NCBI GenBank assembly: GCA_963663805.2
Contig: CAXXMR010000009.1
Coordinates: 506,135-570,134, forward strand
DNA from: Sedimentisphaerales bacterium
Lineage (GTDB): Bacteria; Planctomycetota; Phycisphaerae; Sedimentisphaerales; SM23-30
Length of the DNA stretch: 64,000 nucleotides
Direction of reading: 5' to 3'
The first letter of the stretch is position 1. Each line of letters begins with the position of its first letter. The notes beneath the pieces are model-generated. The model worked only from the letters and a program-made list of their open reading frames with translations. It had not been told where the DNA came from and did no database searches. Both the position numbers and the translations under genes were made by a program. Shown here piece after piece: positions 28,239 through 39,791 of the stretch.

Positions 28239-30692
28239 TCAGTCCTCTACAATTACCCGAGTCTTATTGTCAAGCTGTTTGTATTGCACAGCAACCTTAC
28301 CTTTTGTCGTCATATTTCCAGATTTCAGGGTTGAAGTTTCGTCAATCGGCAGCAGAATGGTTGCCTGGCCATTATGGACGCAAACATTCAGAATATAACC
28401 TCCTTCATTTTTAGTTAGTTCCGCTATTTCCCCTAAATCCTGCTCTTGGCGATGTATCCGATAAAGTGTGACAAACTCAATCTGCTTGCGTTTGCCGGGG
28501 GTTTTGCCGGTAAGATGCCACTCACGCAGAGTTATATCCGAACGCGGATTTGGGTCATACTGGTCGGTCTGGGAAAACTCAAGACCGGTCGGTGCAAGGA
28601 AATTTATATCGCACAACACATCATCATTAGTAACAGTAATGTCGTGCTGATCTTCGATAGTCATTTCATTAAGTGCGTGCAGCCAATATTCAAATATTGA
28701 TTCTTCTTCGGCTTTAAGTCTGTCATATATAATCACCAGTTCCGGTTTGACAAAAACTATCGAACGCGTATAACGCTCAAGCGGCTCTTCGTAAGCATGC
28801 CCGGCTTCTCCGCTAACGATATCAACCTCAGGGGTGGTCTTAAATGATACAATTTTGCCCTGGGCCTTATCGGAATGCTTAATCTGTCCGCAACCATTAA
28901 CCGTTATATTATTCACTGAACGAGTTGACCACATCCAATTACGGTGATGTTCACTACCATAGGTATCCCGTATGCCGGAACGAATCAAAAGTCGTTTGCC
29001 ATAGCCCCACAGGAGAAATGAATTGTTCGCCTCGTAACCGTGGCTCTGCGTACCAAACGGACTTGACTTAAAAATAACCTGTACGCTGTCTTGAGCGTTT
29101 ATTATCTGCGAATTAAGAAATGCCTGCCCAATCCCCTTAAATAGCCGCGAGGTGGGCAGTTCTTCGGGAGATTCAGGTTCAACCTGAGCCAAAGCCCCAC
29201 GAATAAAACCGGTACAATCAAAAACTGAGCCTAAGCCATCCGCCCGGCCATACCACTGCCAATCCTCTCTGCTGCGAACCCGCTCAGCATACCACTGCCA
29301 ATAAGGATTTTGGCTTTGTGAAGCAAAAAACCCCATAATATATTGATTATTTTCAGCCATTTTTTTAGATGAAAGATCACCCAAACCCGCCCCGACCATT
29401 CTCGGAGGATTGAGATACATCGCATAATAGCCAACCTGGCTATAGTAAGGCTTATCGTACGCGTTAATGCCCGTAGCCTGAAACATAACGTCGGCCCACC
29501 AGGTGAAACGACCTTGATATGCGGCCCAATATTCTGTCCCCTCATGCCAGCCTCCGTCATCGTCACTCCAGACAGGATAAACATTAAAAAAAACGTTCAT
29601 TGCGAACCACAACCAGTCATCCGCCCCCTCAATTTCATTGTAAAAAGCGATCGCAACTTCACCCAGAAAATGCCACGCCCGATTAGAATGACTGGAATAA
29701 GGTTTCCAGAAATGCTTCGGGCACAAATGACGGTACATATCATTGCCGCGAATTCGCATTACCTCTCGGCACTTTTGTTTATCTTCTTCACTCAGCAAGT
29801 CATTCACATAAGTATATGCCCGCGAAAAATAATAAACATAAGGCATACCCGCTTCGTCGTTATAATGATAACCGGTACTCCCTCGAGGGTCCCACCGGGA
29901 ACATTCCATAAGAATGCGTCGAGCTTCAAGACCATATTTTTCATTTCCGCCCAACAATCGCGTAAAACCAAGCGTCACAGCATCATTAAGCGCCCTTATG
30001 GTATATTTACGATTACCCCACCATACCTCATGCCACTCTTTCGACCCCTCAATCATACCTGGAGGATATTTAGGAGGCTCCTGAGTCGGAGGCGGGTCAG
30101 CCAGAATCTTTGCGCACTCTTGCACTAACCGATCATACTGATTTCTCATGCTACCCTGAGCCAGATTAACCAGCCTACTAACATTTTCCGGTCGCACAAA
30201 CAGTCGCGGGTGCGTCTCAGGAATCCGTGAAATAATTTCATCCCTGACAGGCAGCGACATAGCAGCAGCATCGTCACTGACCGTAAAACTTCGCGACTTG
30301 CTCCAATTGGTGCAGACTCCTTCGGCATTCCAGCCGCGATAACGCCAAGTATATTTGCCGGGTCGAAAAACTTTGGGCGGACAATGGACATTAAACTCCA
30401 GATTCTCCACCTGATATTCCAGATTTTCGAATTTGTCGTCAGAAGCGAATTGTATCTCCCAGGTAAATCCTTCTTGCGGTCGCCAACTAAAACTTGGCGG
30501 ATTTACCCATGATATCGTCCCATCAGCTGGCCGATAACCCCATTCTTTAGATTCCGCCGGCCGCTCATCTAAGTACAACTCTCCCGCTGCCCACCCAGGC
30601 ATTAGCAATCCGCATATAATCAGAATCACTTTTATAATATGTATATCCTTACCGTTTATAGCTTGTTTTCTCCAAGGTCTACTAATTTTCAT
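28239..30692 (-). CDS. DUF4962 + heparinase II/III-like polysaccharide lyase (PL15-like)
   Basis: NPPSFSW, HPRLF, YNDEAGM, GGWHEG, FKSSPFGTQSHG. Confidence 0.8.
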   Translation of the reverse strand: MKISRPWRKQAINGKDIHIIKVILIICGLLMPGWAAGELYLDERPAESKEWGYRPADGTISWVNPPSFSWRPQEGFTWEIQFASDDKFENLEYQVENLEFNVHCPPKVFRPGKYTWRYRGWNAEGVCTNWSKSRSFTVSDDAAAMSLPVRDEIISRIPETHPRLFVRPENVSRLVNLAQGSMRNQYDRLVQECAKILADPPPTQEPPKYPPGMIEGSKEWHEVWWGNRKYTIRALNDAVTLGFTRLLGGNEKYGLEARRILMECSRWDPRGSTGYHYNDEAGMPYVYYFSRAYTYVNDLLSEEDKQKCREVMRIRGNDMYRHLCPKHFWKPYSSHSNRAWHFLGEVAIAFYNEIEGADDWLWFAMNVFFNVYPVWSDDDGGWHEGTEYWAAYQGRFTWWADVMFQATGINAYDKPYYSQVGYYAMYLNPPRMVGAGLGDLSSKKMAENNQYIMGFFASQSQNPYWQWYAERVRSREDWQWYGRADGLGSVFDCTGFIRGALAQVEPESPEELPTSRLFKGIGQAFLNSQIINAQDSVQVIFKSSPFGTQSHGYEANNSFLLWGYGKRLLIRSGIRDTYGSEHHRNWMWSTRSVNNITVNGCGQIKHSDKAQGKIVSFKTTPEVDIVSGEAGHAYEEPLERYTRSIVFVKPELVIIYDRLKAEEESIFEYWLHALNEMTIEDQHDITVTNDDVLCDINFLAPTGLEFSQTDQYDPNPRSDITLREWHLTGKTPGKRKQIEFVTLYRIHRQEQDLGEIAELTKNEGGYILNVCVHNGQATILLPIDETSTLKSGNMTTKGKVAVQYKQLDNKTRVIVED

Positions 30693-32538
30693 GCCAGACT
30701 GGTGAGAAAAGCACCGAAATCTTTTCTATTCCCACTCGTGCATTTACTTTTGCTTCCAGCCGGATTGCTCCATCAAGGTCATATTGAGGAGGTTCCACCT
30801 TGGGCCGAGTAACGTAAAATGAAACATTAGAAGGACGCTGTAACTCCACAACCATCTTTTTTTCATCCATTGTCAACTCGGCGACATTATCCGAAACAAG
30901 CTTAATTTGGGCTCTTGTCGTTATGCCCCAGGTTATGGTACAGTCGGAGGTAATTTGAAGTTTGTCCTCAACAATCACTTTGCGTCTCTGGTCCCGCAAA
31001 GATACTTTGCGAATGGTTTTTGGTGAAAACATTTCATAAGCCTCAGACAAATCCATTACGGCTGAGCCATCATCTTTATTGCTTTCAAAATCAAGTATTT
31101 GGGCCTTAGCGTAAACATTCTGATTCGTATCGTCAATGGTAAGTACATTATGACTTCTGTTATTCAAACGAAAATAACTCCAGCGTCGACCGTTTTCGCC
31201 CATTTCCCAATAGCCCGGCAGGTCATAATAATCAGCGCCCAAGTCGCAAACCCATCTGACCGACAGAGCGTCGAGAATAAAGTTACCCAAATCAAGCTGA
31301 GCGTGAGGGAACTGGTTATCACCGGTTTTAACCGCCACAAAAAGAGCGTCTGGGTCAGTCCAGCTGCTCCGAAAAACCGCGGTTTGCACCGTGCCGTTAA
31401 ACAGCTTATCTAAGGGCAATATTTCATCCCGGCTTAGTTCAGGATCGGGCTGATAGAATACCACATCCAGCGCCAGCGGTGTCAAAGACTTGCCTCTACG
31501 GTTAGCGATTTTTTTGTGCTGGTCGTCAAGTACAAAAGGAATATTGAACTTTTGGCCCAGCCACATCGAAAAAGGATATGGGGGCGTAAACAGGTTATCC
31601 CGCCGACTATCCGCAAAATTATAATACTGACCTGTGGGCCCTGTCATATAAATGGGGAAATAAGCGGTTTCAGCCAGCCCAGGAAACTGCATGAGACCAA
31701 AATCAGTCCCCAACGCAGTATCCAACGCACACAGGCCGTAAACAGTATAGGAAGTAGCATATTCCCAATATCCCGGTCCCTCCGGCCAAGCACCATCAGG
31801 TTTATATTGAACCATAGCCAGCGGCAATGACTTCACTGCCAACGGCAACAGCTTCTCCGCGTACACAGGATCGGTTTCCGCAACTGCCAGCGAACCTATT
31901 ATCATGCTGTAATTACATACCTGATTCCAGTTATTCTTCCATGCTGGCCAATTGTGGCTGGTCTTGAGTTTGCCCAGATGAATATTGTAGCCCGGCTCCA
32001 ACCCTTTCTCTATAATTGCCCGACGTATTTCAGTACGCTCTGCATCACTGAAACTATCATAAAACCAGTCATAACCTATCGCGACCGCATGGGTCATCTC
32101 CGCGGTATCCAGAAAATGTTTATAATTCCAGTCTTCAAACCGACAAATCGCTATGAGATTTTTTACCGCTGCCTGCTGATATTTTTCTTCCCCCGTCCAC
32201 CGCCAGGCAACTCCCAACGCGTAAATTCGCGGCAGAAAATCCCGGCTCACATCCAGCATCCTGATCCCCACCAACTTGCGTTCAAGAACCGGCCCACCCA
32301 CTAAACCATCAGCCTTGTCAATTGTCGCTGCAACACACCCCTTCAGAGTATCGTCAGACTCATAAAGTGCTTTAAGCTCGCCCAATCGCTCATCCGTAAG
32401 CATCAAACAAGGATGCGGCCTCAAACCGGAAAGATAATTCGAGGATTCAACTGAAATAACATTTTGCCCTTGAGCCAATAAAGGTGTAACCAGAAATATC
32501 AGCACAATAGCCCAAATCCATTTATTATTTACAAACAT
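30682..32538 (-). CDS. Heparinase II/III-like polysaccharide lyase (PL35-like)
   Basis: Signal peptide; HFLDTAEM, NNWNQVCN, EGPGYW, HAQLDLG. Confidence 0.82.
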   Translation of the reverse strand: MFVNNKWIWAIVLIFLVTPLLAQGQNVISVESSNYLSGLRPHPCLMLTDERLGELKALYESDDTLKGCVAATIDKADGLVGGPVLERKLVGIRMLDVSRDFLPRIYALGVAWRWTGEEKYQQAAVKNLIAICRFEDWNYKHFLDTAEMTHAVAIGYDWFYDSFSDAERTEIRRAIIEKGLEPGYNIHLGKLKTSHNWPAWKNNWNQVCNYSMIIGSLAVAETDPVYAEKLLPLAVKSLPLAMVQYKPDGAWPEGPGYWEYATSYTVYGLCALDTALGTDFGLMQFPGLAETAYFPIYMTGPTGQYYNFADSRRDNLFTPPYPFSMWLGQKFNIPFVLDDQHKKIANRRGKSLTPLALDVVFYQPDPELSRDEILPLDKLFNGTVQTAVFRSSWTDPDALFVAVKTGDNQFPHAQLDLGNFILDALSVRWVCDLGADYYDLPGYWEMGENGRRWSYFRLNNRSHNVLTIDDTNQNVYAKAQILDFESNKDDGSAVMDLSEAYEMFSPKTIRKVSLRDQRRKVIVEDKLQITSDCTITWGITTRAQIKLVSDNVAELTMDEKKMVVELQRPSNVSFYVTRPKVEPPQYDLDGAIRLEAKVNARVGIEKISVLFSPVWHEN

Positions 32539-32610
32539 CTCTATCCACTTGCATAACTACATCAAATCTCAGACATAAGCCTCAAATAAACACCATTAAA
32601 GAACCAAATT

Positions 32611-33462
32611 TTATTGCTCTATCTCAATAACTTTAAGAATATCTTCAAAAATATTAACATAGTTTCCTGGCCCATCGCCACTGGGCAAAAGCTGGTTCAT
32701 GTCATGCCAAGCGTCATTGCTGAAAATATCCGGATCGGTACAAAAGTTCACATGACCATCGCCAAATAAAACCGATAACCCTGTCGGATCCGAACCACGC
32801 CCCTTTTTAGTATGAGCCAACCCGCCCCAATGATGCAGTTCATCAAACACTATAGGCTTTTTACTCAAATCTGTTATATGAACCTTATCATAAATCCAAT
32901 AATCATAAGAAACTCTCACAAATACATCCTGCGAACCGGAAAAAGTAGGAAAATAAGTACCCCATTGTTTTGTGTCGTCAGCAGTATAATCATAATAATA
33001 CACGCTTACACCACTGGTTTTGCGTTTCCGGCCCGGACAGTAAAACACCTGTGGATCAGCCAGATAATCCTGCTCATACAACAATGCAAAATGATAAGGC
33101 TTGTACTTGTTAGGACCTATCGACTTGCCATAAAAATAAGCACGTCCCGTATTCCAGGGCTGAGGCTTGGTAGCAATAGTAGTACTGGTATCAGCGGCGG
33201 TACCAGGAGCGTAATATTTGTCTTCGCTTATTTTATACATAGGAAAAAGCTTATCTTTATTATCCTGAGCATACAAAGCGATCCCCAGCCCATTCTGCCT
33301 GACATTATTGGTACACATTACTCTCTTCGCTTCTTCACGAGCTTTGCTCAAGGCCGGAAGCAATATGCTCACCAAAAGCGCAATAATAGCAACCACAACT
33401 AACAGCTCAACAAGCGTAAAAGCATCCTGCTTCGTACTTCTCTTCATAGCATTCATTTTCAT
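32611..33462 (-). CDS. Prepilin-type N-terminal cleavage/methylation protein (DUF1559-like)
   Basis: [27 protein letters not shown]...C.NN and C-terminal H...LFGDGHV. Confidence 0.9.
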   Translation of the reverse strand: MKMNAMKRSTKQDAFTLVELLVVVAIIALLVSILLPALSKAREEAKRVMCTNNVRQNGLGIALYAQDNKDKLFPMYKISEDKYYAPGTAADTSTTIATKPQPWNTGRAYFYGKSIGPNKYKPYHFALLYEQDYLADPQVFYCPGRKRKTSGVSVYYYDYTADDTKQWGTYFPTFSGSQDVFVRVSYDYWIYDKVHITDLSKKPIVFDELHHWGGLAHTKKGRGSDPTGLSVLFGDGHVNFCTDPDIFSNDAWHDMNQLLPSGDGPGNYVNIFEDILKVIEIEQ

Positions 33463-33642
33463 ATCTTTTTAACCTTTCCGTCAAATAATATCAGAATTCA
33501 TTCCAAAACCCTTACCCGGCCCCTGCCTTGGTGTTCCCTATATCATTTCAGAGAGGTTTTGGGATAATTTCTCATAATAACAGCTTCATTCCGGTAAAAT
33601 ATGGGGTGCACGATAATTCGCACACCCCTCACAAATCACCTC

Positions 33643-35748
33643 TTAGTTACCACATGCCGAAGTCGGATACAAACCGCAGCTCAACCAGCCTTCTGCCAAT
33701 CCGGCAAAATCAATCAAGTCTATCATGCAGTCGTCATTGCTGTCAAAGAAGGAACCGTAGGGATTAATACAAATAACTTCGCCAGGATGTCCCAACAGGT
33801 AAATATCAGCGATATCAGTGTCATTCATTGCATAGTTATAAATCCGAACATCATCAACATTCGCTTCAACAGAAGCAGCCAGCACCGTGCGATCATCTGT
33901 CGAACGACCCGCACCGATAAGGATCGGATACTGCCAGTCGGCAAGCTGTTCACCCACAACATTGGATGTCTCAGAACCAACCGGATATCCATCAATATAC
34001 AGTTTGCAAGTCCCACTGACATTATAAGCGGCAGCCACAAAGTGCCAGTCACCGTCATCCATCGAGGCACCAGAATCCTGCATTTCACCATAAATATCCA
34101 CATTGGCCCCGCCTTCCTGTCTCAGGTTGAACCGTGCGTCATACGCAGAATTATTATAGACCGTCAACGTGAAACCAGTATTTCCGCCGTCATTGTAATT
34201 AGCCATAACAACGTCACCACCACCAATTGCCGCTGATTTTTTAACCCAGGCGGTAATTGTACCAACCCGCAAACCGGAAGCGAGACCGGCATTAGGATAA
34301 GCACTAGTGGGTAATTCCACAACTATATTTCCGCCGGCAAGATCGATCGCGTAGGAATCAACCAAACCTGCCGGATAGGACGCAGTAACAGGATTACCAC
34401 TAAAATCAGTTACAGTGCCGTTATTGGTGCCTTCACTGTCGTCAGCATTTTGCTCAAACTTATAATGAGCCAGCATACGACTGATACCCAGTTCCACAAT
34501 ATTGCTGCAAGTAGGCGGTTCGGTGCCAATCGGAACTGTACCGTCATTGGAAACTTCACAATAATAGTACGCTTCATCAGCTGAGGAACCTATCGTAACC
34601 TGATAGTTGGCCGCATCACTGCCCACAGATGTATCATCAACAGAAGCAACAGAATCATCGGACTTAAACCAGGCATAATGTACCGGAGTTTCACTTGAAA
34701 CCTCAACACTGAAAGTTATCGTATCGCCAATTAAGCCGCTACTGTCTTTGGGCTGCACTGCAATCACAGGTGCCTCAGCGACTGTCGCGAAATACCACAC
34801 ATCACCTTCAACGGTTCCAGAATCGGTCGGCCCCGAATAATTAATACTCTCATCAACACGCCAATAATAAGTCCTACCGGTCTCCAAAGACACAGAATAT
34901 TCAATCGGATCAACAATGTCAGTTACACTAATCGGAGTAACACCGCTCATATTGGGATCATCGTTGATATAAAGGTAGTGACCAGTCACATCAGCCGCAG
35001 TCGTATACCAGCTTAAATAAGTAACCACATCAGGATCAACATTGTCTTCGCCGTCAAAAGGAGCGGGGTTTATCGGCTCCAAAACCAATTCATATGCAAT
35101 GCCATCAAAACTTGTCCGCTGATCCACAGCCCCTGCTCCGGAATCCAGGCCCTGAACATAAACCTGAATTACCTCATTAGCTGTTGTGGTTTCAATAAGA
35201 CCTATTGTAAACAGCCCTGCGTATTTTGCGATATTACTGCCGTCTGTCGTGAGTACCGGAATATTTCTCACACTGTAGGCGCCATCATAATACGAATTAG
35301 CCGAAGTCGCAATAAGATAAGGCCCGTCACTGCCAATACAAAACGCACAGTCCATACTGTTGGTAAGTTCCGCCAAACCATAAATCTGATAAAAACCTGG
35401 TGTCGCCAATGTCACCGGAACAATCAACGGGTCTGTGGTTTCGGCATCTACACTGTTGCCGGTATCAGTCTCCCAGATATAACCATTGGCGGAAAGATCC
35501 ATAGATTTATAGCGATAATGCCATAAGCCGTCAGAGCCTACGCCAATACTCGAACCTTTGGTATAATTTACTCCCTCTTGAGGAGCAGCACCACCTATGG
35601 TAACAGTATCGTCCTTGGCATCAAAATAAATGATATCGCCTGCCTGAACCATTCCCGTCAGCCCGGACAAAAACAGCACTAAGGTCAATATCATCATTTT
35701 GTCAAACATTTTTTTTCTCATCATCAATCTCCTAAATAAATAGAACAA
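33643..35748 (-). CDS. Secreted protein: shared N-domain + Ig-like + LamG + dockerin-like tail
   Basis: Signal peptide, YYWRVDE, Ig-like YYCEVSN, WHFVAAAY, DDVRIYNYA, DCMIDLIDFA. Confidence 0.82.
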   Translation of the reverse strand: MFYLFRRLMMRKKMFDKMMILTLVLFLSGLTGMVQAGDIIYFDAKDDTVTIGGAAPQEGVNYTKGSSIGVGSDGLWHYRYKSMDLSANGYIWETDTGNSVDAETTDPLIVPVTLATPGFYQIYGLAELTNSMDCAFCIGSDGPYLIATSANSYYDGAYSVRNIPVLTTDGSNIAKYAGLFTIGLIETTTANEVIQVYVQGLDSGAGAVDQRTSFDGIAYELVLEPINPAPFDGEDNVDPDVVTYLSWYTTAADVTGHYLYINDDPNMSGVTPISVTDIVDPIEYSVSLETGRTYYWRVDESINYSGPTDSGTVEGDVWYFATVAEAPVIAVQPKDSSGLIGDTITFSVEVSSETPVHYAWFKSDDSVASVDDTSVGSDAANYQVTIGSSADEAYYYCEVSNDGTVPIGTEPPTCSNIVELGISRMLAHYKFEQNADDSEGTNNGTVTDFSGNPVTASYPAGLVDSYAIDLAGGNIVVELPTSAYPNAGLASGLRVGTITAWVKKSAAIGGGDVVMANYNDGGNTGFTLTVYNNSAYDARFNLRQEGGANVDIYGEMQDSGASMDDGDWHFVAAAYNVSGTCKLYIDGYPVGSETSNVVGEQLADWQYPILIGAGRSTDDRTVLAASVEANVDDVRIYNYAMNDTDIADIYLLGHPGEVICINPYGSFFDSNDDCMIDLIDFAGLAEGWLSCGLYPTSACGN

Positions 35749-35905
35749 ACAACCTCTCGTACCAAGAAGCTAAATCCATAGCTTTTACAACTTCTGTAAT
35801 ATTGCGACGGCTATTTCTTTTCTACTCTGCTTGAGCCCAAGGTCGACTTTAAGCCAACCTCAGGCCCAATTTACATTCTCTTATTGCAATCCCGGCAAAT
35901 GCGTA

Positions 35906-36610
35906 TTAAGCACGCTTCCTGCGAAGCAATAAACCGCCCAAACCAAGTAAACAAACCGTTACCGGTTCCGGAACTTCTTCATATGCCAAGCCATCAAAAG
36001 TGGTCCGCTGATCCCAGTAAGTACCCGGGGCAAGCCCCTGAACATAAACCTGAACAACCTCATTTGCTGTCGTGGTAACAACAGTGCCCGCATTAAAAAG
36101 ACCGACATACTTGCCAATAAGACTCCCATCAGTAGTAACCACCGGAAGATTTCTTACACTATAGGCACCATCATAATATGAACTTTCCTGTTTACCAATA
36201 ACATAGGTATTACCACCGTCAAAACTGCACGCAACATCCCATCTGGCGTTACTCATCTCTGCCAATGCGTAAATAGCATACTCACCAGGCATAGGCAATG
36301 TTACCGAAATAATCAGCGGCGCGGTATTTTCAGTATCAGAACCATTAGCCGAATCAGTCTCCCAGCTATAAGCATTAGAAGCATAATCTGAGCCTTTGTT
36401 ACGATAATGCCAAAATCCGTCAGTGCCGTCCCCTATAGAGGAGGAAGTTGTATAGTTAACACCAACTTCAGGGGCATCACCTCCAATGGTCGTATTGTTC
36501 AGATCGGCATCCACATAATATATCGTCGCTTCACAGAGTGTCCCTGAAAACAATACAAGGGACAGCCCAAATACAATTACTAACATTCTCATTAAACTTT
36601 TCTTCGGCAT
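35906..36610 (-). CDS. PEP-CTERM protein consisting of the shared N-domain only
   Basis: Signal peptide; ends VPEPVTVCLLGLGGLLLRRKRA. Confidence 0.9.
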   Translation of the reverse strand: MPKKSLMRMLVIVFGLSLVLFSGTLCEATIYYVDADLNNTTIGGDAPEVGVNYTTSSSIGDGTDGFWHYRNKGSDYASNAYSWETDSANGSDTENTAPLIISVTLPMPGEYAIYALAEMSNARWDVACSFDGGNTYVIGKQESSYYDGAYSVRNLPVVTTDGSLIGKYVGLFNAGTVVTTTANEVVQVYVQGLAPGTYWDQRTTFDGLAYEEVPEPVTVCLLGLGGLLLRRKRA

Positions 36611-37536
36611 CTTACCTGCTCCTTTTCCTTTTCATTAGTTTTATTGACTTTTCAAAAAAACAGATGACAGTTTTTTTTGCAGAGGCCTCTTTATCTTTTC
36701 TGCCACCATTACATCGGTAATTATAGCTTTAGGAACCCCGCCTTAAAATGCGATACAATGACCAAATAATATAATATATTGACTTATTGGTCATGCCTTC
36801 AGAAAGTCCTATAACCCACCCAACGCAAATGAATGTAAGCAATTGAATAACAAGCAGTTACGCAACAATATCTAACATGCATCAATGTGACGCCATAAAA
36901 TAATTTAATCTCAACACATTCATAAAATGCGCTCGGTTGTAATCAGCTGAACCCCCTGCACAAAACAAGCACAATAAGACAGATCCACGTAACGCCTTTA
37001 CTAACAAAGAGATACCCTCAAAAAACCCGTAAACATACTGCCCAATGTTTATTTTGAGCTCCTATCTAAACAGAAAAACCTATAGGGCCGAAAACAATGT
37101 AAAAAAAGTAAATGACACAACAGGAAGCCCCTGCAAATAAATAGAATATGGCCCGTCAATACCGATAAAAATTAAAATGGCCATCATAGCCGTTTGAGAT
37201 TTTAAGGTTTTTTGGAGTTTCGATTCAGCCCCCTTACTCAATATACAATATTGACCACCGCATGTTTACCCCACATACACCTCCACCAACATCACCATCC
37301 CCAAACCCTAAATTGACACCCCCCCTGCACGCCTAATACAATATTTATATATTTGCTTGTATTTACATTTCATATGCGTTATAATGCATATTATGATTAA
37401 GCCATATTTCTTTTTATATCCCGAAGAACATATAATCCAACCCACTTAACTGCTATCACATTAAACGACACAATTATATTTTTATTAGCATAATATAATA
37501 TTTTGACCATTTTACACCAACAAAAATAACAACATA

Positions 37537-38451
37537 ATGCCCAAAATGTTCCGTAAGTATACCGAATCATCAATACCCATCGACCACGGCTACCTTAGCC
37601 CTGCGGACGAAAGAGCCATCGATGATTACACCATGGATATCAAAGGCGGGTATTTCTACGGCGTAAACCTGAACGGCGAAATTGGCACAATTGCCGCCGG
37701 AACCAGAAAGGTATCACCGGGATACCATTTTACTCTTTCCAAATACCCATTTTATCGACTGGTATATACAATATCCGGCAAAGTCACCATTAAAATGGAA
37801 AAAAAACAATTTACCGCCAATACCGGTTCTATCTATTATTTCATACCCAGGCAAACCTGTACGGTCATCAATAATTCCCCCGAACCCTGGACCCACATCT
37901 ATATCCACTTCACCGGCTCCGAAGTTGCCGCCCTGTTCAAAAAGATACTTACCATTTCCGACCATATTGTGCAAATTCAAAAACCTATCGAGATTCAAAC
38001 CATGCTCGAACAAATCGTCAATCAGTGCATCTCACAAAACGAAGATTCACAGATTATCAGCGACAACCTTATGAGAACAATCATGTTGATGCTTCCCTCC
38101 TCGGTCCTGTTGCACCCTAAACACCTCAGTACTGCACGTAACACTTACTTGGAGTGTTATAATTTCATCAAGAATAACTTTGCCGAAATTAAAACCATTG
38201 AAGATATCGCCGAAAATTGCTGTATTGATAAAGCATACCTATGCAGACTATTCAAAAGATACGCCGACACCAGTCCTATGGCCTACGTCACAAAACTTAA
38301 AATGAATAAAGCCGCATTGCTACTAATACAGACAAATTACTCAATCAAACAGATAAGTACCATACTAAACTTCGAAAACCAGTATTACTTCTCTCATGTA
38401 TTCAAAAAAATATATACTGTTTCCCCAAAGCATTTTCGCGAAAAAGCATAA
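37537..38451 (+). CDS. AraC-family transcriptional regulator
   Basis: N-terminal cupin-like domain; C-terminal double HTH (YLCRLFK, FENQYYFSHVFKK). Confidence 0.92.
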   Translation: MPKMFRKYTESSIPIDHGYLSPADERAIDDYTMDIKGGYFYGVNLNGEIGTIAAGTRKVSPGYHFTLSKYPFYRLVYTISGKVTIKMEKKQFTANTGSIYYFIPRQTCTVINNSPEPWTHIYIHFTGSEVAALFKKILTISDHIVQIQKPIEIQTMLEQIVNQCISQNEDSQIISDNLMRTIMLMLPSSVLLHPKHLSTARNTYLECYNFIKNNFAEIKTIEDIAENCCIDKAYLCRLFKRYADTSPMAYVTKLKMNKAALLLIQTNYSIKQISTILNFENQYYFSHVFKKIYTVSPKHFREKA

Positions 38452-38665
38452 ACCAACTAAAGGATGTACTTGTCAAGCGTGCGTAATACCGCTTTAACGC
38501 GGCTGAAATTTGATAATTTTGCTCTTTGAAAAGTCCATATGAGTTCTGGTTCAGCGTCATCAAAGGATGCTGAATGGTAAATCGTCGGATTTTCGGGCGT
38601 TTCTCCTGTGAAACATAAAATCTGCGCGTGCGTATTTTGTGATGAGGGCTGGGATTGACCAAGAT

Positions 38666-39726
38666 TCAAGCAGACTGTTTTAGCCGATAGCCCATTGTTC
38701 GGGTTTGGCTGAAATGGTGTTGCTCAATATTGAGTGGCACTTCTTTAGCATCATGGCCCGGCATTTCTGGTGGGTTGCCATAGAATACATCATCCGGCCG
38801 TAAACCATCTAGTGTCATGTGAGGCCGCCATTGATTGTACCAGGTTTGGAATTCATCGCAGAGTTCGGTTAGATGCTTGAAGCCTCTGATGAGAACGACT
38901 CTTTTGAGCCATTCGTATTTGAGGGTTTTATTGGCTCTTTCCGTCACTGCAATTGAGCCGTGTTTGCCGATGGCTCCATAGCGGTGTTTGATGTTATCTC
39001 CCAATAGATCATTGAAAGCCTGACTGATGAAAACGCTGCCCTGATCGGAGATGATATGTTTGGGTGGGCCGTATTTTTCGATGGCGTTATCCAATAGTTC
39101 GCATACCCAACCGGCGTTTCTGCCTTCCAGTGGAGCGACAGCCATAATCTTTCGCGAGTAATGATCGATAATCAGACAAACATGAATCTCCCAGAGTCCC
39201 CAGCAGAACACTGACGTGTTGTCAATTGACCAGACATGATTGGGATACCACGCGGGGATAGAGCGAGCTTTCACTTGTTCTTCAATTTTCTGTTTACTCG
39301 GAGGATTTTTCGGTTTTCTAGGCTGAGGACGATTAAGGATATTTCGCACGGTGGATGCTGAAATAAAAACTTTCAGCAAGGCCAGTTGGCTGGCTATCCT
39401 CACTCTACCCCAGTTGGTATTATTTTTAGCAATCTCCCAAAACAACGTTGCTATCTCGGCAGGCGTCCTCTGTTTGACTTGGGTTTCAATTTTACGAATC
39501 CAACGGTAATATGTTGATTTAGCAATGCCGACATACTGAGAAAGTTTATTCCTGGGAATCTGAGAAACTTCAACGTAATTCAGGATGAACAATTTCTCGT
39601 CAAGCGTATAGCGTTTGTTAGTGTCTTTTTTGTTCAAGCCTTTCTGTAATATGCTGATTTGAATGCCCTGCTGGTAAACTTTGTCACGAAGAAATAATAT
39701 TTCCTTATACAAATCGTCAACCCGCC
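38666..39726 (-). pseudogene. Integrase-core (rve) DDE transposase, probably 5'-truncated by the integrase-IS91 unit
   Basis: PNHVWSID, IISDQGSVF, ERANKTLK, YNQWRPH; frame runs into the IR at 39727. Confidence 0.75.
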
Positions 39727-39791
39727 AGTTGTACTAAACGGCTTCGCCGTGGCTAAGATTGGAAGCTTTTCGTTGTTTTTGGGTTATTAGG

